Source: the human T2T-CHM13v2.0 reference genome, Homo sapiens
DNA: 64,000 nucleotides
Strand: one strand, 5' to 3'
Assembly: GCF_009914755.1 (NCBI RefSeq)
Contig: NC_060932.1
The position numbers and the translations under genes are program-made. The number at the start of each line of letters is the position of its first letter. Positions within the stretch are counted from its first letter, which is position 1. Below the pieces are notes generated by a model. The model ran no database searches. It was given only the letters and a program-made list of their open reading frames with translations, and was not told where the DNA came from. Shown piece after piece: positions 52,201 to 64,000 of the stretch.

Positions 52201-54406
52201 ATCAAACTTTTAAAGTTTTAGACAAGAGCTGTTGATGTTCTAATTCTCTGAATAAAAATGCATGTTCTCAGCTTACAGGGCTAACTGGCTTTCAGGAGAA
52301 GCGAAAGTACTGGCGAATGTCTCCAGTGCTCTGGAGCTGCAGGCCCTGTTCTGAATGCTTCCGTGATCCCTCCCCTGCTCACATTTAGAGGCCCAGCAAG
52401 CCTCCAGTCCCTCTTTCAAAGACCCTCCAAATTCCACTCAAACCATGATTCATGGTTTGAGTCTTTGGTCTCAGTTTCGCAGGACCCTACTGACACAAGA
52501 AACTCAGTGGGCACAGAGCAGGCAATTTCCACAAAAATTAAAACTCAAAGGATGCAGGAAGTCCCCGGTGATCAGGGCAGCACACCACAGGGCAGCCAGG
52601 AGAACGGAGGTGCCCACATGAGCCTTTGCTTCTGTTCTGCTGTGGATGCACTTTCGGCCCTGGGCAGGAGAGTTTTTCTGAACAAAAGGGATGGAAGCTG
52701 AAGGCAAAGTGCTCAGAGTAAAGCAGAGAAATAAAACAGGCTGCTAGTAGAGGGTGTAATTGGTGCAGCAGGTATTGTTATTTTTTCCCTTTCACTCTAG
52801 AAAGTGGGGGATGCTCAGACCCAGTAAGGAGCCACTGGGAGGAGAGCACACAGGAAACTAGAAACCGCAGAAGAAAGAGACAGCAGGAAAGTGAGTGTTG
52901 GAAGAGCAGTGACTGTGTATAGAAAGTTATACTCCTGATCCACGAGACAGACAGGATGACAGAGTGAATTCAGGTAAAAGAGACGTCAGGAGAAAAAGAT
53001 CTTCTTCAATGACATGAACAGAAAGTGTGCCAACTAGAAATGTCATTATCATTATTAACAAGGAAAGCTATTTTAAATGATCTCCAGGAAGCCAGAAATA
53101 AAATTTTCAAGGGAAATCAAACATATAACCATAAGACTCATTGCACCTATTATGTCCTGAAACATGCTGGTGCATTCTCATAATGAATATGATTCTCATG
53201 TTCTATATTTTCTATTCCAGAAAAGACAAAAATAACTTATCAGTACAGTAAAGGCAAGGAAAAAACCCTTAACACTGCTTTCTTTTATACTGACTGAAAT
53301 TGCTTTCAACCTGCTTTCTTTCTGTTCTCTGATCTATCTCAGAGATAATGGGGGCTGTTTCACCATGGTAGTGGAAAGCATTCACTGTGGTTATCTGTTT
53401 GGGATCACCTGACAGCAGACAGAACATGATGAAATGTGGTTTACAGAGCACCTGAGCTTCCATCAGGGCCCCTCACCACAGGTAGCCATATGGTTATTGA
53501 CTAGTTTTCCCAAGAACTCTGAAGAGGAGTGAACTTATGAATCATTTTCAAAGGTGAGGAATGAAGCCACCAATCTATTCCATACTGCCAGAAAAGAGTT
53601 GCCTTGCTTCTTTACCTAAACCATCCTCTTTTCATCTGTTGTAAGTTTCCAAAATATGTGAACATTTTAAAAGCACAAAACTGTCTTTAAATGTGTGTAA
53701 GTCTTGTTTTGGAACTTGGATTCATTTTTTTAATAGAGAAAATAGTTATGGGGCTCATTTTTGCTCCCTGAGCAATATCAATATTGTGTTAACCCACAGT
53801 GTTTCTGAAACAGGGCATACTCAAAAAGTTGTTGTGGGAAGGAATTCTGGAGCAGGGAGGAAATAGAAGGCCTGGGAGAGAATGGCAGGTAGGAAGATAA
53901 AGAGGGGAAGGTGTTTTGTGCCCTTTAATGCAGGCAGGTCTAGTAATATTCAAAAACCTAAAAAAGCAATCCTTCCCTTTGGCATCCTTCCACCTCCCTT
54001 TCTACATGTCTCCTCTTCTGCTTCTTGGCACCTGCCTCTCAAGGCTTCAGTCCCCATAGCACTAGGTAGGTGAGCCTCAAACTGGATATGCTTGCCTCTG
54101 GTATACAAGGGCAGCACTTTTACCTCTGTAGGGACTTTATTTTCCCCAGGTATACTCTTGGTGAAATCTGACTTTCAAAAAACACTCCTGACATCATATG
54201 TGCTCTCCTTTGTGATTCCTCTTTCACAATCACCATACTCCCACTTTGTAAAAACAAACCTCTTAACTCTCACCCACCTTGTAAATTGTATGACAGAACC
54301 TAGTCCATCCTAAGGTCCTAAAGTTGGAACTTGTGTTGAAAAGGTAAATGCCCTTTTTCAAGTCAGCTGATCCCAAAATCTTTACTGTCAATAAAATGGA
54401 GTGAGA

Positions 54407-54528
54407 GCCTGGCACAGTGGCTCATGCCTGTAGTCCCAGCTACTCAGGCGGCTTGGGTGAGAAGATCACTTGATCCTAGGACTTTGAGTCTAGCCTGGGC
54501 AACATTGCAAGACCCTGAGTCAAAAAAA
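54407..54528 (+). mobile_element. FLAM (free Alu monomer)
   Basis: gcctggcacagtggctcatgcctgtagtcccagctactc..gcctgggcaacattgcaagaccctg-A7; TSD aa(a/g)atgga(g/a)tgaga at 54393-54406 and 54527-54540. Confidence 0.9.
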
Positions 54529-54974
54529 GATGGAATGAGACTTAACAGTTTCTGCTCATAAATTATTTAAAAAAATGTTTTTGATGGTAGAATACAGTAG
54601 TTTTGGCATATGATAAAATATATTGTGGCACTACTATTAAAACTCCTTTCATACTCTTTCATGAATTAATTTGAACAAAGTAGCTCAGCATTTATATGTC
54701 CAAAAATTTTAAAAATAGGAATAAAAATGACACTGAACCCTAAATCATTCTAGCAATCAGTAATAATCATGGATGGATACAGGAACAAAATGGAAAGAAT
54801 GTTTGATTCTTATAACTAAAATGTATTCCCAATAGCATTAGATTTTTATGTTAAATACTTGTTTATTGAAACACACTATATTTTGAGCAATTATGTTTTG
54901 AAAAGAAAATAATGACTAATCAATTTAGAAGATAAATTTTTTAACATTTACATATTTATAGGCAGAATTTTATT

Positions 54975-55495
54975 CCTTTGTTTATTCAACAAAGATTCCC
55001 TTAATATGTTTAATGGCTGTTCTAGATGATGATAATACAGCTTAATTTAGGCAAACTACATCTCTGGTCAATTCAGAGAAAGGCAATAAAGAAATAGACA
55101 GAAAAATATCTATAGTTAACCACTATGCAGAAAATTTAAACATAGCAAGATGATAGACATAAAAGGGTGTCTCCCTTAAACAAGTCAGTGTGGGCTTCTC
55201 CGAAGAAGCCAATGCTAAGGTGTGATCAGAAACACAAGAAGGAGGCAGCTGTCTGAAGATGAGAGGAAGGACTGTTCCAGGCCAAGAGAACAGCTGATGC
55301 AGCCTTGAGCAGATAGCAAGGTAGGTGGGATCAAGGGAGCAGAAAAGAAGACAAAGGTGGGAAGAGTTAGTTGGAAAAAAGGCTCTAAAGTGGGCACAAG
55401 CAGTTCACAGTTAACATCAAGAGCAAGGGTGAGGATGCTGGGCATTTTTTTAGTGGGGTGATGGCCTTGAAGCAATTTTAGCATGTAAGGGAATT
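54975..55495 (-). mobile_element. L2 fragment
   Basis: tttattcaacaaa..gttctagatg..ggactgttccaggccaagagaacagc..tggccttgaagcaattttagca. Confidence 0.6.
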
Positions 55496-55499
55496 TTAT

Positions 55500-55900
55500 G
55501 TATGTCATATGAATATAGAATAATATACAGCAATGGATTATTATCCATTTCCCTACTGATGGGTATTTAGGTTGTATCCAGTTGTTCACTACTGGGAACA
55601 GTGCTTCTGTGAATGTTCATTTTCCTATTTCCTGTGCTCCTATCTTAAGGTTTCTCTGGGATATACACATAGCATAGAACTGAGTAAGGATATGCTTTTT
55701 CAGTTGGACAAGAGATAGTGCCAAATTGCTCCACTAGTGTTTGTACCAATTCACACTCTCACCAACAAGCATCATATGGGAATTCTATTTCCAGACAATT
55801 TCCCTATCATGTAATATTGTCATCTTTTTAATTTTTGCTAATCTAATGTGTGTGAAATGATAACTTGTTATTTTTAAATTGCATTTCCCTAAGTAATAAG
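55500..55900 (-). mobile_element. Old L1ME fragment
   Basis: ttatccatttccctactgatgggtatttaggttg..gccaaattgctcc..tgtaccaattcacactctcaccaaca..ttgcatttccct. Confidence 0.75.
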
Positions 55901-56539
55901 GCACTCTTCCCTGTTGCTTAACCTTAAAAAATACATTCATTTTTTCTAAAAAATGTCTTCTTCCTCCATCATGGCTCCATCCTCACCTTGATTCCCACAG
56001 TAATTCACAGGTATCTTCATAACAGTACTTACAATTTTGTACTCAGTTAACTATTGATTCATTTGACTCCCTGCAACTCGTGAAAACCTCCAGGATAAAA
56101 ACTGAATAATATTCATTTGCCCCAGATCATGGTTGAAGTTCAGAAAATGTTTATTAAATTTAAATGCATACTTACTATTTTTCTTTGCTTTTAAACATTT
56201 TTGTAATTTTGAATTTTTGTTACTTATTTACAACTTTCACCTACTGCTTTGCCATATATTTTTTTCTGTTTTTTAAAATAAAATATAAATTTAACACCTC
56301 TTATTATATGATCTCAAGCTTTGTATATCTGCTTATTGGAATAGACTTTTCAAGGAAAATAGTCAGATTCTATTTAGTTGAAAAGAACTTAATTACCGGG
56401 AGTATTTAATATAATGAAAGTAATGATCTTGAGAAGTTATTATTTAACTGGAGATCAACAAAATGTAATTGTGCACTACTAGAAAAAACAAAGTTAAATT
56501 CTTTGAAATTGTTACACTGCATATTCAGCAATGTATTTT

Positions 56540-57619
56540 TTAAATCTTTTTCAAATTATACTTTAAGTTCTAGGGTACAGGTGCACAACGTGCAGTTTTG
56601 TTACATATGTATACATGTGCCATGTTGGTTTGCTGCACCCATTAACTCGTCATTTACATTAGGTATTTCTCCTAATGTTATCCCTCCCCCATGCCCCCAC
56701 CCCACGACAGGCCCAGGTGTGTGATGTTCCCCTTCCTGTGTCCAAGTGTTCTCATTGTTCAATTACCACCTATGAGTGAGAACATGTGGTGTTTGGTTTT
56801 CTGTCCTTGTGATAGTTTGCTCAGAATGATGGTTTCCAGCTTCATCCATGTTGCTACAAAGGACATGAACGCATCCTTTTTTATGGCTTCATAGTATTCC
56901 ATGATGTATATGTGCCACATTTCCTTAATCCAGTCTATCATTGATGGACATTTGGGTTGGTTCCAAGTCTTTGTTATTATGAATAGTGCTACAATAAACA
57001 TAGGTGTGCATGTGTCTTTATAGCAGCATGATTTATAATCCTTTGGGTATATACCTAGTAATGGGATGGCTGGGTCAAATGGTATTTCTGGTTCTAGATC
57101 CTTGAGGAATCGCCACACTGACTTCCACAATGGTTGAACTAGTTTACAGTCCCACCAACAGTGTAAAAGTGTTCCAATTTCTCCACATCCTCTCCAGCAC
57201 CTGTTGTTTCCTGACTTTTTAATGATCACCATTCTAACTGGTATGAGATGGTATCTCATTGTGGTTTTGATTTGCATTTCTCTAATGACCAGTGATGATG
57301 AGCATTTTTTTCATGTGTCTGCTGGCTGCATCAATGTCTTCTTTTGAAAAGCGTCTATTCATATCCTTTGCCCACTTTTCGATGGAGTTGTTTGATTTTT
57401 TCTTGTAAATTTGTTTAAGTTCTTTGTAGATTCTGGATATTAGCCCTTCGTTAGATGGGTAGATTGCAAAAATTTTCTCCCATTCTGTAGGTTGCCTGTT
57501 CACTCTGATGGTAGTTTCTTTTGCTGTGTAGAAGCTCTTTAGTTCCATTAGATCCCATTTGTTTATTTTGGCTTTTGTTGCCATTGCTCTTGGTGTTTTA
57601 GTCATGAAATCCTTGCCCA
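56540..57619 (-). mobile_element. 5'-truncated L1 (L1PA5/6-type) with perfect 15-bp TSD
   Basis: Minus-strand ORFs 56759-57277 and 57282-57626 are the ORF2 C-terminus; TSD tcagcaatgtatttt at 56525-56539 and 57620-57634. Confidence 0.97.
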
Positions 57620-57699
57620 TCAGCAATGTATTTTCATAATTTGAATTAATTTAAGGTTAAATTATGATAAATGACATCTTCAAAATGTGTTTGGTCATA

Positions 57700-57925
57700 A
57701 AAGCTAATGCTTATTGGAGCATACTCTCTATGACACACCTTCTAGTGTTTGACATGCATGCATTTCATTCTTATAACACCCTTGGATGTTAGTACTATTG
57801 TCAGCATCATCCCAGTTTTAGATTGGGAAATCAGACACAGAGTCGTAAAGTAACTTGACCAAGTTTGGTGAGCTGGGATTTCCACCCAAATGCTTCCCCC
57901 CAAGAGCTCTGGTCCTGCCCACAGA
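57700..57925 (-). mobile_element. MIR
   Basis: gctaatgcttattggagc..atcccagttttagattgggaaatcagacacagag..aagtaacttgaccaag..gagctgggattt. Confidence 0.7.
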
Positions 57926-59040
57926 GCCTCAGGCCACCATAGGGATAGGGTGTCCAGCCATCGAGCTTGAGAAAGAAGACTCTCTGCAGTGCTCTAACTT
58001 ACCACAATCATCTTTGTCTTTTGCTTGGTTTTAATTATGATAGATTAGACATATTGATTTTATATCTGCAGAGTATAAAGTAGGTAGAGTATTAAATAGT
58101 GTACTGAAGAAATATTCACAAATTCAGGGGTTTGGAAAAATACTGAGACATTTTAACAAAATCTTCCAGTGGCTTCTTCTGAACCACATCTTTAGAACGC
58201 CATATGTCTTTATAGAATACATTTCAAGCCCCAAATTGACTTTCAAGTGAGAGCTGATCCCTGCTTAATATTCTTTAAATGAGCTTTTCTGAAGGGAACA
58301 CTGCTCCAGGAATACATAAAGGACTATACCTTCAGTGAAATAACTATGAGAAATAATCTCCTGTGAACAGTGAGAAACTATATGAATCAGTGGAGGAGGT
58401 GTCCACAGGCAGGAAACGTTGCTGGGCGGCAGGCCCAGAGCATCAATACCTGGATGCCTGTGAAAATGGAGAGGAGTTTATTTGGGGAAATATATAAGTT
58501 AATTTTTCTTACAAAGTTTCATAATAAAATATTCAAAGAGTGATTCGTCTGGCAGCTACTAGTTTCCTATAACGAAAGCTTAAGTTTGCTGAATTGAAAT
58601 TGCCCAATAAAAAATCTTAACAGTTGCCTTCAAAATAATTAACCCTAGGATTGTAGGTCTAGGTGCTTGCTTATAAATATTATACACATTCACACACACC
58701 CACACATATACACGTTCACACATAACCCAGTTTTACAAAAGTACAGTATTTTAGTGCATGAGACAATCTAATATGCCTCCCATCACCAAATTCCAAGAGT
58801 TGTCTTTGACTTACAAAGTGGTGTTTGAGGGTTCATGGATGTAGAATAGGCAGAGAAAATCAGCATTAATTGAGTCCTGGCAAGTAATATGAAAGATTCT
58901 TTATAGATTCTATTTGTTTATATCTTCTAAGAAAACAGGTGGCAAGAACTTATTATCCCAATTTTACTGGTTAAAAAAATTACAACTCAGAAATATTTGC
59001 ATTTATAACATTTCTTCTTAGATTTTTTTCAAGTGACACA

Positions 59041-60229
59041 CATATATATTCACACTTAACAATGGGGATATATTTTCAGAAATGTGTCATAGTCTATTTC
59101 ATCATTGTGCAGACATCATAGAGTGCACTTCCACAAACCTAGATGGCATAGCCTACTACACACCTAGGCTATATGGTCTAGCTTATTGCTCCTAGGCTAT
59201 AAGCCTGTACAGCAGGTCACTGTGCTGAATACAGTAAGCCATAGGTATTTGCATACAGAAACATATCCAAACCTAGAAAAGATACAGGAAAAATGTGGCA
59301 TAAGAGATAAAAAATGGCACACCTCTATAGGGCACTTACCATGAGTGGAGTTTGCAGGACTGAAAGTTGCTCTGTGAGTTATTGAGTGAGTGGTGAGTGA
59401 ATGTGAAGGCTTAGGACATTACCATACACTACTGGAGACTTTATAAACTCTGTACACTTAGGCTACACTAAAGTTATAAATATTTTCCTTCAATAATAAA
59501 TTAATCTTAGCTTTCTGCAACCTTTTACATTATAACCTTTTTAATTTTTTAACTTTTCGACTCTTTTGTAATAGCACTTATGTTAAAACACAAACACATT
59601 GGACAGCTGTACAAAAATATTTTCTTTCTTTATATCCTTAATCTATAAGCTTTTTTATATTTGAAAAAATTACCTTCTTTTCACATTTTAAACTTTTTTT
59701 GTTAAAAGTTTAGGACACAAATACATGTTAGCCTAGTCTACACAGGGTTAGGGTCATGAATATCACCGTCTTTCACTCCACATCTTGTCCTGCTGTAAGG
59801 CATTTAGGGGCAATAACAGGCATGGGACTGTCATGTCATGTGACAACAAGGCCTTCTTTTGGATACCTCCTGAAGGACTTGCCTGAGATTGTTTTACAGT
59901 TTTTTTTTAAATAAGTACATGGAGTACACTTTAAAATGATGATGAAAGTATAGTAAATAGATAAACCAGTAGCACAGTTGTTTTTTTCATTATGAAATAT
60001 TATGTACTGTACATAACTGTATGTGTTATACTTTTATACAACTCATAGTGCAGTAGGTTTGTTTACACCAGCATCACCACAAACACATAGCACAAACGTG
60101 CTATGATATTAGAATGGCTATGACATCGCTAGGCAATACAGATTTTTCAGATCTATTATAAACTTATGGGAACACCATCATGTATGTGGTTTGTCCTTGA
60201 CCAAGGCATCATTATGCTATACATGACTG
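59041..60229. mobile_element. Tigger3b (Golem/MER7B) DNA transposon
   Basis: cttaacaatggggata..acaaacctagatggcatagcctactacacacctaggctatatgg..; ends catcattatgctatacatgactg; ~1.2 kb. Confidence 0.88.
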
Positions 60230-60499
60230 TGAATAAATTCTACTACTGTTCTATACCTCAAGCCTGCAGTCCTTACCTCTTCACTTACTTCTCTGGGGGA
60301 GGGTGAAGAACTGGACACTTCTTTGGGAGCTGTCATCTAAGCAATTTGGAAATTTCAGAGAGGCAGAGGAAAGAAAGGACATAGCAAAGCAAGAACAACT
60401 CTGCAATGGTCTAGCCAATTAGTTCTACCCCAGTTGTGGGAGTGGGAGGAAACATTTCTCCTTTTGGTCTTGAGATTTTTTTTTTTCTGAATGGATAGG

Positions 60500-63400
60500 T
60501 ATTTCTATTTTTATTGTTTTTATTTATTTTTTCTTTTCAACTTTAATTTTAGGTTCGGGGGTGCATGTACAGGTTTGTTACGTGAGTAAATTGTGTCACT
60601 TGGGTTTAGTGTCAAATGATTTCATCACCCAGGCAATAAGCATAGTACATGATAGATAGTTTTTCAGTTTTCACCATCTCCCCATTTTCCATCCTCAAGT
60701 AGGCCCTTGTGTCTTTGTTCCCTTTTTTGTGTTCATGTATACTCAATGTTTAGCTCCCACTTACAAGTGAGAACATGTGACATGCAGTATTTGGTTTCCT
60801 GTTCCTGCATTAATTTGCTTAGGATATGGTTTCCAGGTCCATCCATGTTGCTACAAAGAACATAACCTTGTTCTTTCTTATGGCTGTGTAGTATTCCATG
60901 GCATATATGTACCACATTTTCTGTATCCAGTATACCATTGATGGGCATTTAGGTTGATTCCATGTCTTTGCTATTGTGAATAGTGCTGCAAATGAATGTA
61001 CACATGCATGTGTCTTTATGATAGAATAATTTATGTTCCTTTGGGTATATACCCAGTAATGGGATTGCTGGGTTTAATTGTAGTTTGTTTTAAGTTCTTT
61101 GAGAAATCTCCAAACTGCTTTCCATAGTGGCTGAACTAATTTGCATTTCCACCAGCAGTTTATGAGTGATCCCTTTTTTTCTCACAACCTCACCACCATC
61201 TGTTATTTTTTCACTTTTAAATAATAGCCTTTCTGACTAGTGTGAGATGGTATCTCATTGTGGTTTTGATTTGCGTTTCTCTAATGATTAGTGATGTTGA
61301 GCATTTTTTCATATGCCTATTGGCTGATTTACATTTTATTTTGAAAATTTTCTGTTCATGTCCTTTGCCCACTTCTTAATGGGGTTGTTTGTTTTTTGCG
61401 TGTTAATTTGTATGAGTATCTTATAGACTCCAGATATTAGAGCTATGTTAGCTGCAGTTCACAAACATTTCTTCTCATTCTGCAGATTGTCTATTTACTC
61501 TGTTGATAGTTTCTTTTGCTCTGCAGAAGCTCTTTAGTTAGGTCCCACTTGTCAATTTTTGTTTTTGTTTTAATTGCTTTTGACATCTGGATCGTGAAAT
61601 CTTTGCCGCAACCTATGTCCAGAGTGGTATTTCCTAAGTTTTCTTTTAGGATTTTCATAGTTTTAGGCTTTACATTTAAGTCTTTAACCCACCTTGAGTT
61701 TATTTTGCTATATAGTGTAAGATAGGGGCCCAGTTTCAATCTTCTGCATAAGGCTAGCCAGTTATCACAGCACCATTTATTGAATAAGGAGTCCTTCCTC
61801 CATTGCTTGTTTCTGTCAACTTTGTTGAAGATCAGATAGTTGTAGGTATGCAGATTTATTTCTGGGTTCTCTAACCATTACCATTGGTCAATATGTCTGT
61901 TTTTGTATCAGTACCGTGCTGTTTCAGTTACTGTAACTTTGCAGTATAGTTTGGAGTCAGGTCGTGTGATACCTTCAGTTTTGTTCTTTTTGTTTAGAAT
62001 TGCTTTGGCTATTTGGGCTCTTTTTTAGTTTGACATTAATTTTAAAATAGCTTTTTCTAACTGTGAAAAATGTCTTTGTTAGTTTGACAGGAATAGCATT
62101 GAATCTAAATTGTTTTTTTAGTATGTCCATTTTAAAAATGTTGATTCTCCCTATCTATGAGCATGGAATACTTTTTTATTTGGGTAATCTCTAATTTCTT
62201 TAAGCAGTATTGTGTCATTCTCATTGTACAGATATCTCACCTCCCTTGTTAGCTGTATTCCTAGGTATTTTATTCTTATCATGATTATTGTAAATAGTAT
62301 TGTGTTCTTGGTTTGGCTCTCAGCTTGGATGTTCTTGATGTATGGAAGAGTTACTGATTTTTCTACATTGGTTTTGTATCCTGAAACTTTGATGAAGTTG
62401 TTTCCCAGTTCTAGGAGCCTTTGGATAGAGACTATGGGGTTTTATAGGTATAAAATCACATCATCTGAGAAGATAGAAAATTTGACTTCCTCTCTTCTTA
62501 TCTGGATGCCTTTTATTTCTTTCTTTTGCCAGATTATTCTTGCTTGGACTTCCAGTACTACTTTGAATAAGAGTGGTGAGAGTGAGCATCCTGGTCTTGT
62601 TACAGTTCCCAAGAAGAATGCTTCCAGATTTTGCCCTTTCAGTATGATGTTGGCTGTTGGTGTCATAGATGGCTCATATTATTTTGCATTATGTTTTATG
62701 GATACCTAGTGCATTGAGGGTTTTAAACATAAAGGGATGTTTAACTTTATCAAAAGCCTTTTCTCTGCATCTATTGAGATGACCAGGTGGTTTTTGTTTT
62801 CAGTTCTGTTTATGTGGTGAATCGTATTTATTGATTTGTGTATATAGAATCAACCTTATATACCAGAAATAAAGCCTACTTGGTCATGGTGGATTAGCTT
62901 TTTGATCTACTGCTGGAATCTATTTGCTTGTATTTTGTTGAGGATTTTTTAATCTATGTTCTTAAGGAATATTGACCCAAAGTTTCCTTTTTGTGTTGTC
63001 TCTGCCAGGTTTTGGTATCAGGATGATGCTGGCTGCCTAGAAGGAGTTACAGAAGAGTTCTCCTTCTCAATTTTTTGGAATGGTTTCAGTAGCAATGCTA
63101 CCAGCTCTTCTCTGTATGTCTGGTAGAATTCAACTGTAAATCTCTCTGGTCCAGGGCTTTTTCTGGTTAGTAGGCTTTTTATTACTGATTCAACTTTGGA
63201 ACACCTTATTGGTCTGTTCAGGATTTCACTGGCTTCCTGGTTCAGTCTGGGGAGGGTGTATGTTTACAGGAATTTATTAATTTCTTCTAGGTTTTCTAGT
63301 TTTTGTGCATAGAGGTATTTATAATAGTCTCAAAGGAGGTTTTTTGTATTTATATGGGGTCGATGATAATGGCCCCTTTGTCATTTCTTATTGTGTATAT

Positions 63401-64000
63401 TTGAATCGAACTGGTTTTTTCTTTAATAGTCTAGCTAGCAGTCTACCTATCTTATTCAGTCTTTCAGAAAACCAACTTTTTGTTTTATTGATCTTTTGTA
63501 TGGTTTTTTGCATCCCAATTTCATTCAGTTTGGCTATGGTTTTGGTTATTTCTTTTCTTCTGGTAGTTTTGGTGTTGGTTTGCTCTTGTTTTTCTAACTT
63601 CTGTAGGTGTGATGTTAGGTTGTTAATTTGAGATGTTTCTTTTTGATGTGGGTGTTTACTGCTGAAAACTTTCCTCTTAACACTGCTTTAGCTGTGCGTC
63701 AGAGATTCTGGTATGTTGTATCTTTGTTGTCATTAGTTTCAAAGAATTTCTGGATTTCTACCTTAATTTCATTGTTTATCCAAAGGTCATTCAGTAGCGG
63801 GTTGTTTAATTTCCGTGTAATTGTATGGTTTTCGAGAGATCTTCTTATTATTGATTTCTATTTTTATTATGCTGTAGTTCAAGAATGTGGTTAGTATGAT
63901 TTCAGTTTTTTTGAGTTTGTTAAAAATTATTTTATTGATGATTGTGTGACTGATTTTAGAGTATGTGCCATGTGCAGATGAGAAAAAAATGTATATTGTG
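60500..64000 (-). mobile_element. L1 (L1PA15/16-type) 3'UTR and ORF2, runs off window end
   Basis: T-rich tail then caactttaattttaggttcgggggtgcatgtacaggtttgttac; minus-strand ORF2 fragments ([33 protein letters not shown]). Confidence 0.95.

Overview
This is AT-rich primate (human-like) genomic DNA, intergenic or deep intronic, and dominated by decayed transposable elements. They include a degenerate full-length L1PA7/8-type LINE-1 (~22.2-28.6 kb), several truncated L1s, five Alus plus a FLAM monomer, MaLR/ERVL/ERV1 solo LTRs, Tigger and hAT DNA-transposon relics, and L2/MIR fragments. The ORFs I recognise are broken L1 ORF1/ORF2 pieces or Alu/LTR read-through. I see no host protein-coding gene, RNA gene or CRISPR array, and no convincing new biological system. 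Best observations: (i) an old ~140-bp local duplication whose two copies each received an independent retrotransposon (Alu and L1) at the same homologous position; (ii) a ~27-bp twin-priming 5' inversion in that L1; (iii) templated-insertion scars at 314-408 and 1983-2061; (iv) a few candidate exons and CpG/AP-1-rich regulatory patches. Subfamily names come from recalled consensus sequences and need RepeatMasker/Dfam confirmation. Boundaries of old elements are approximate.
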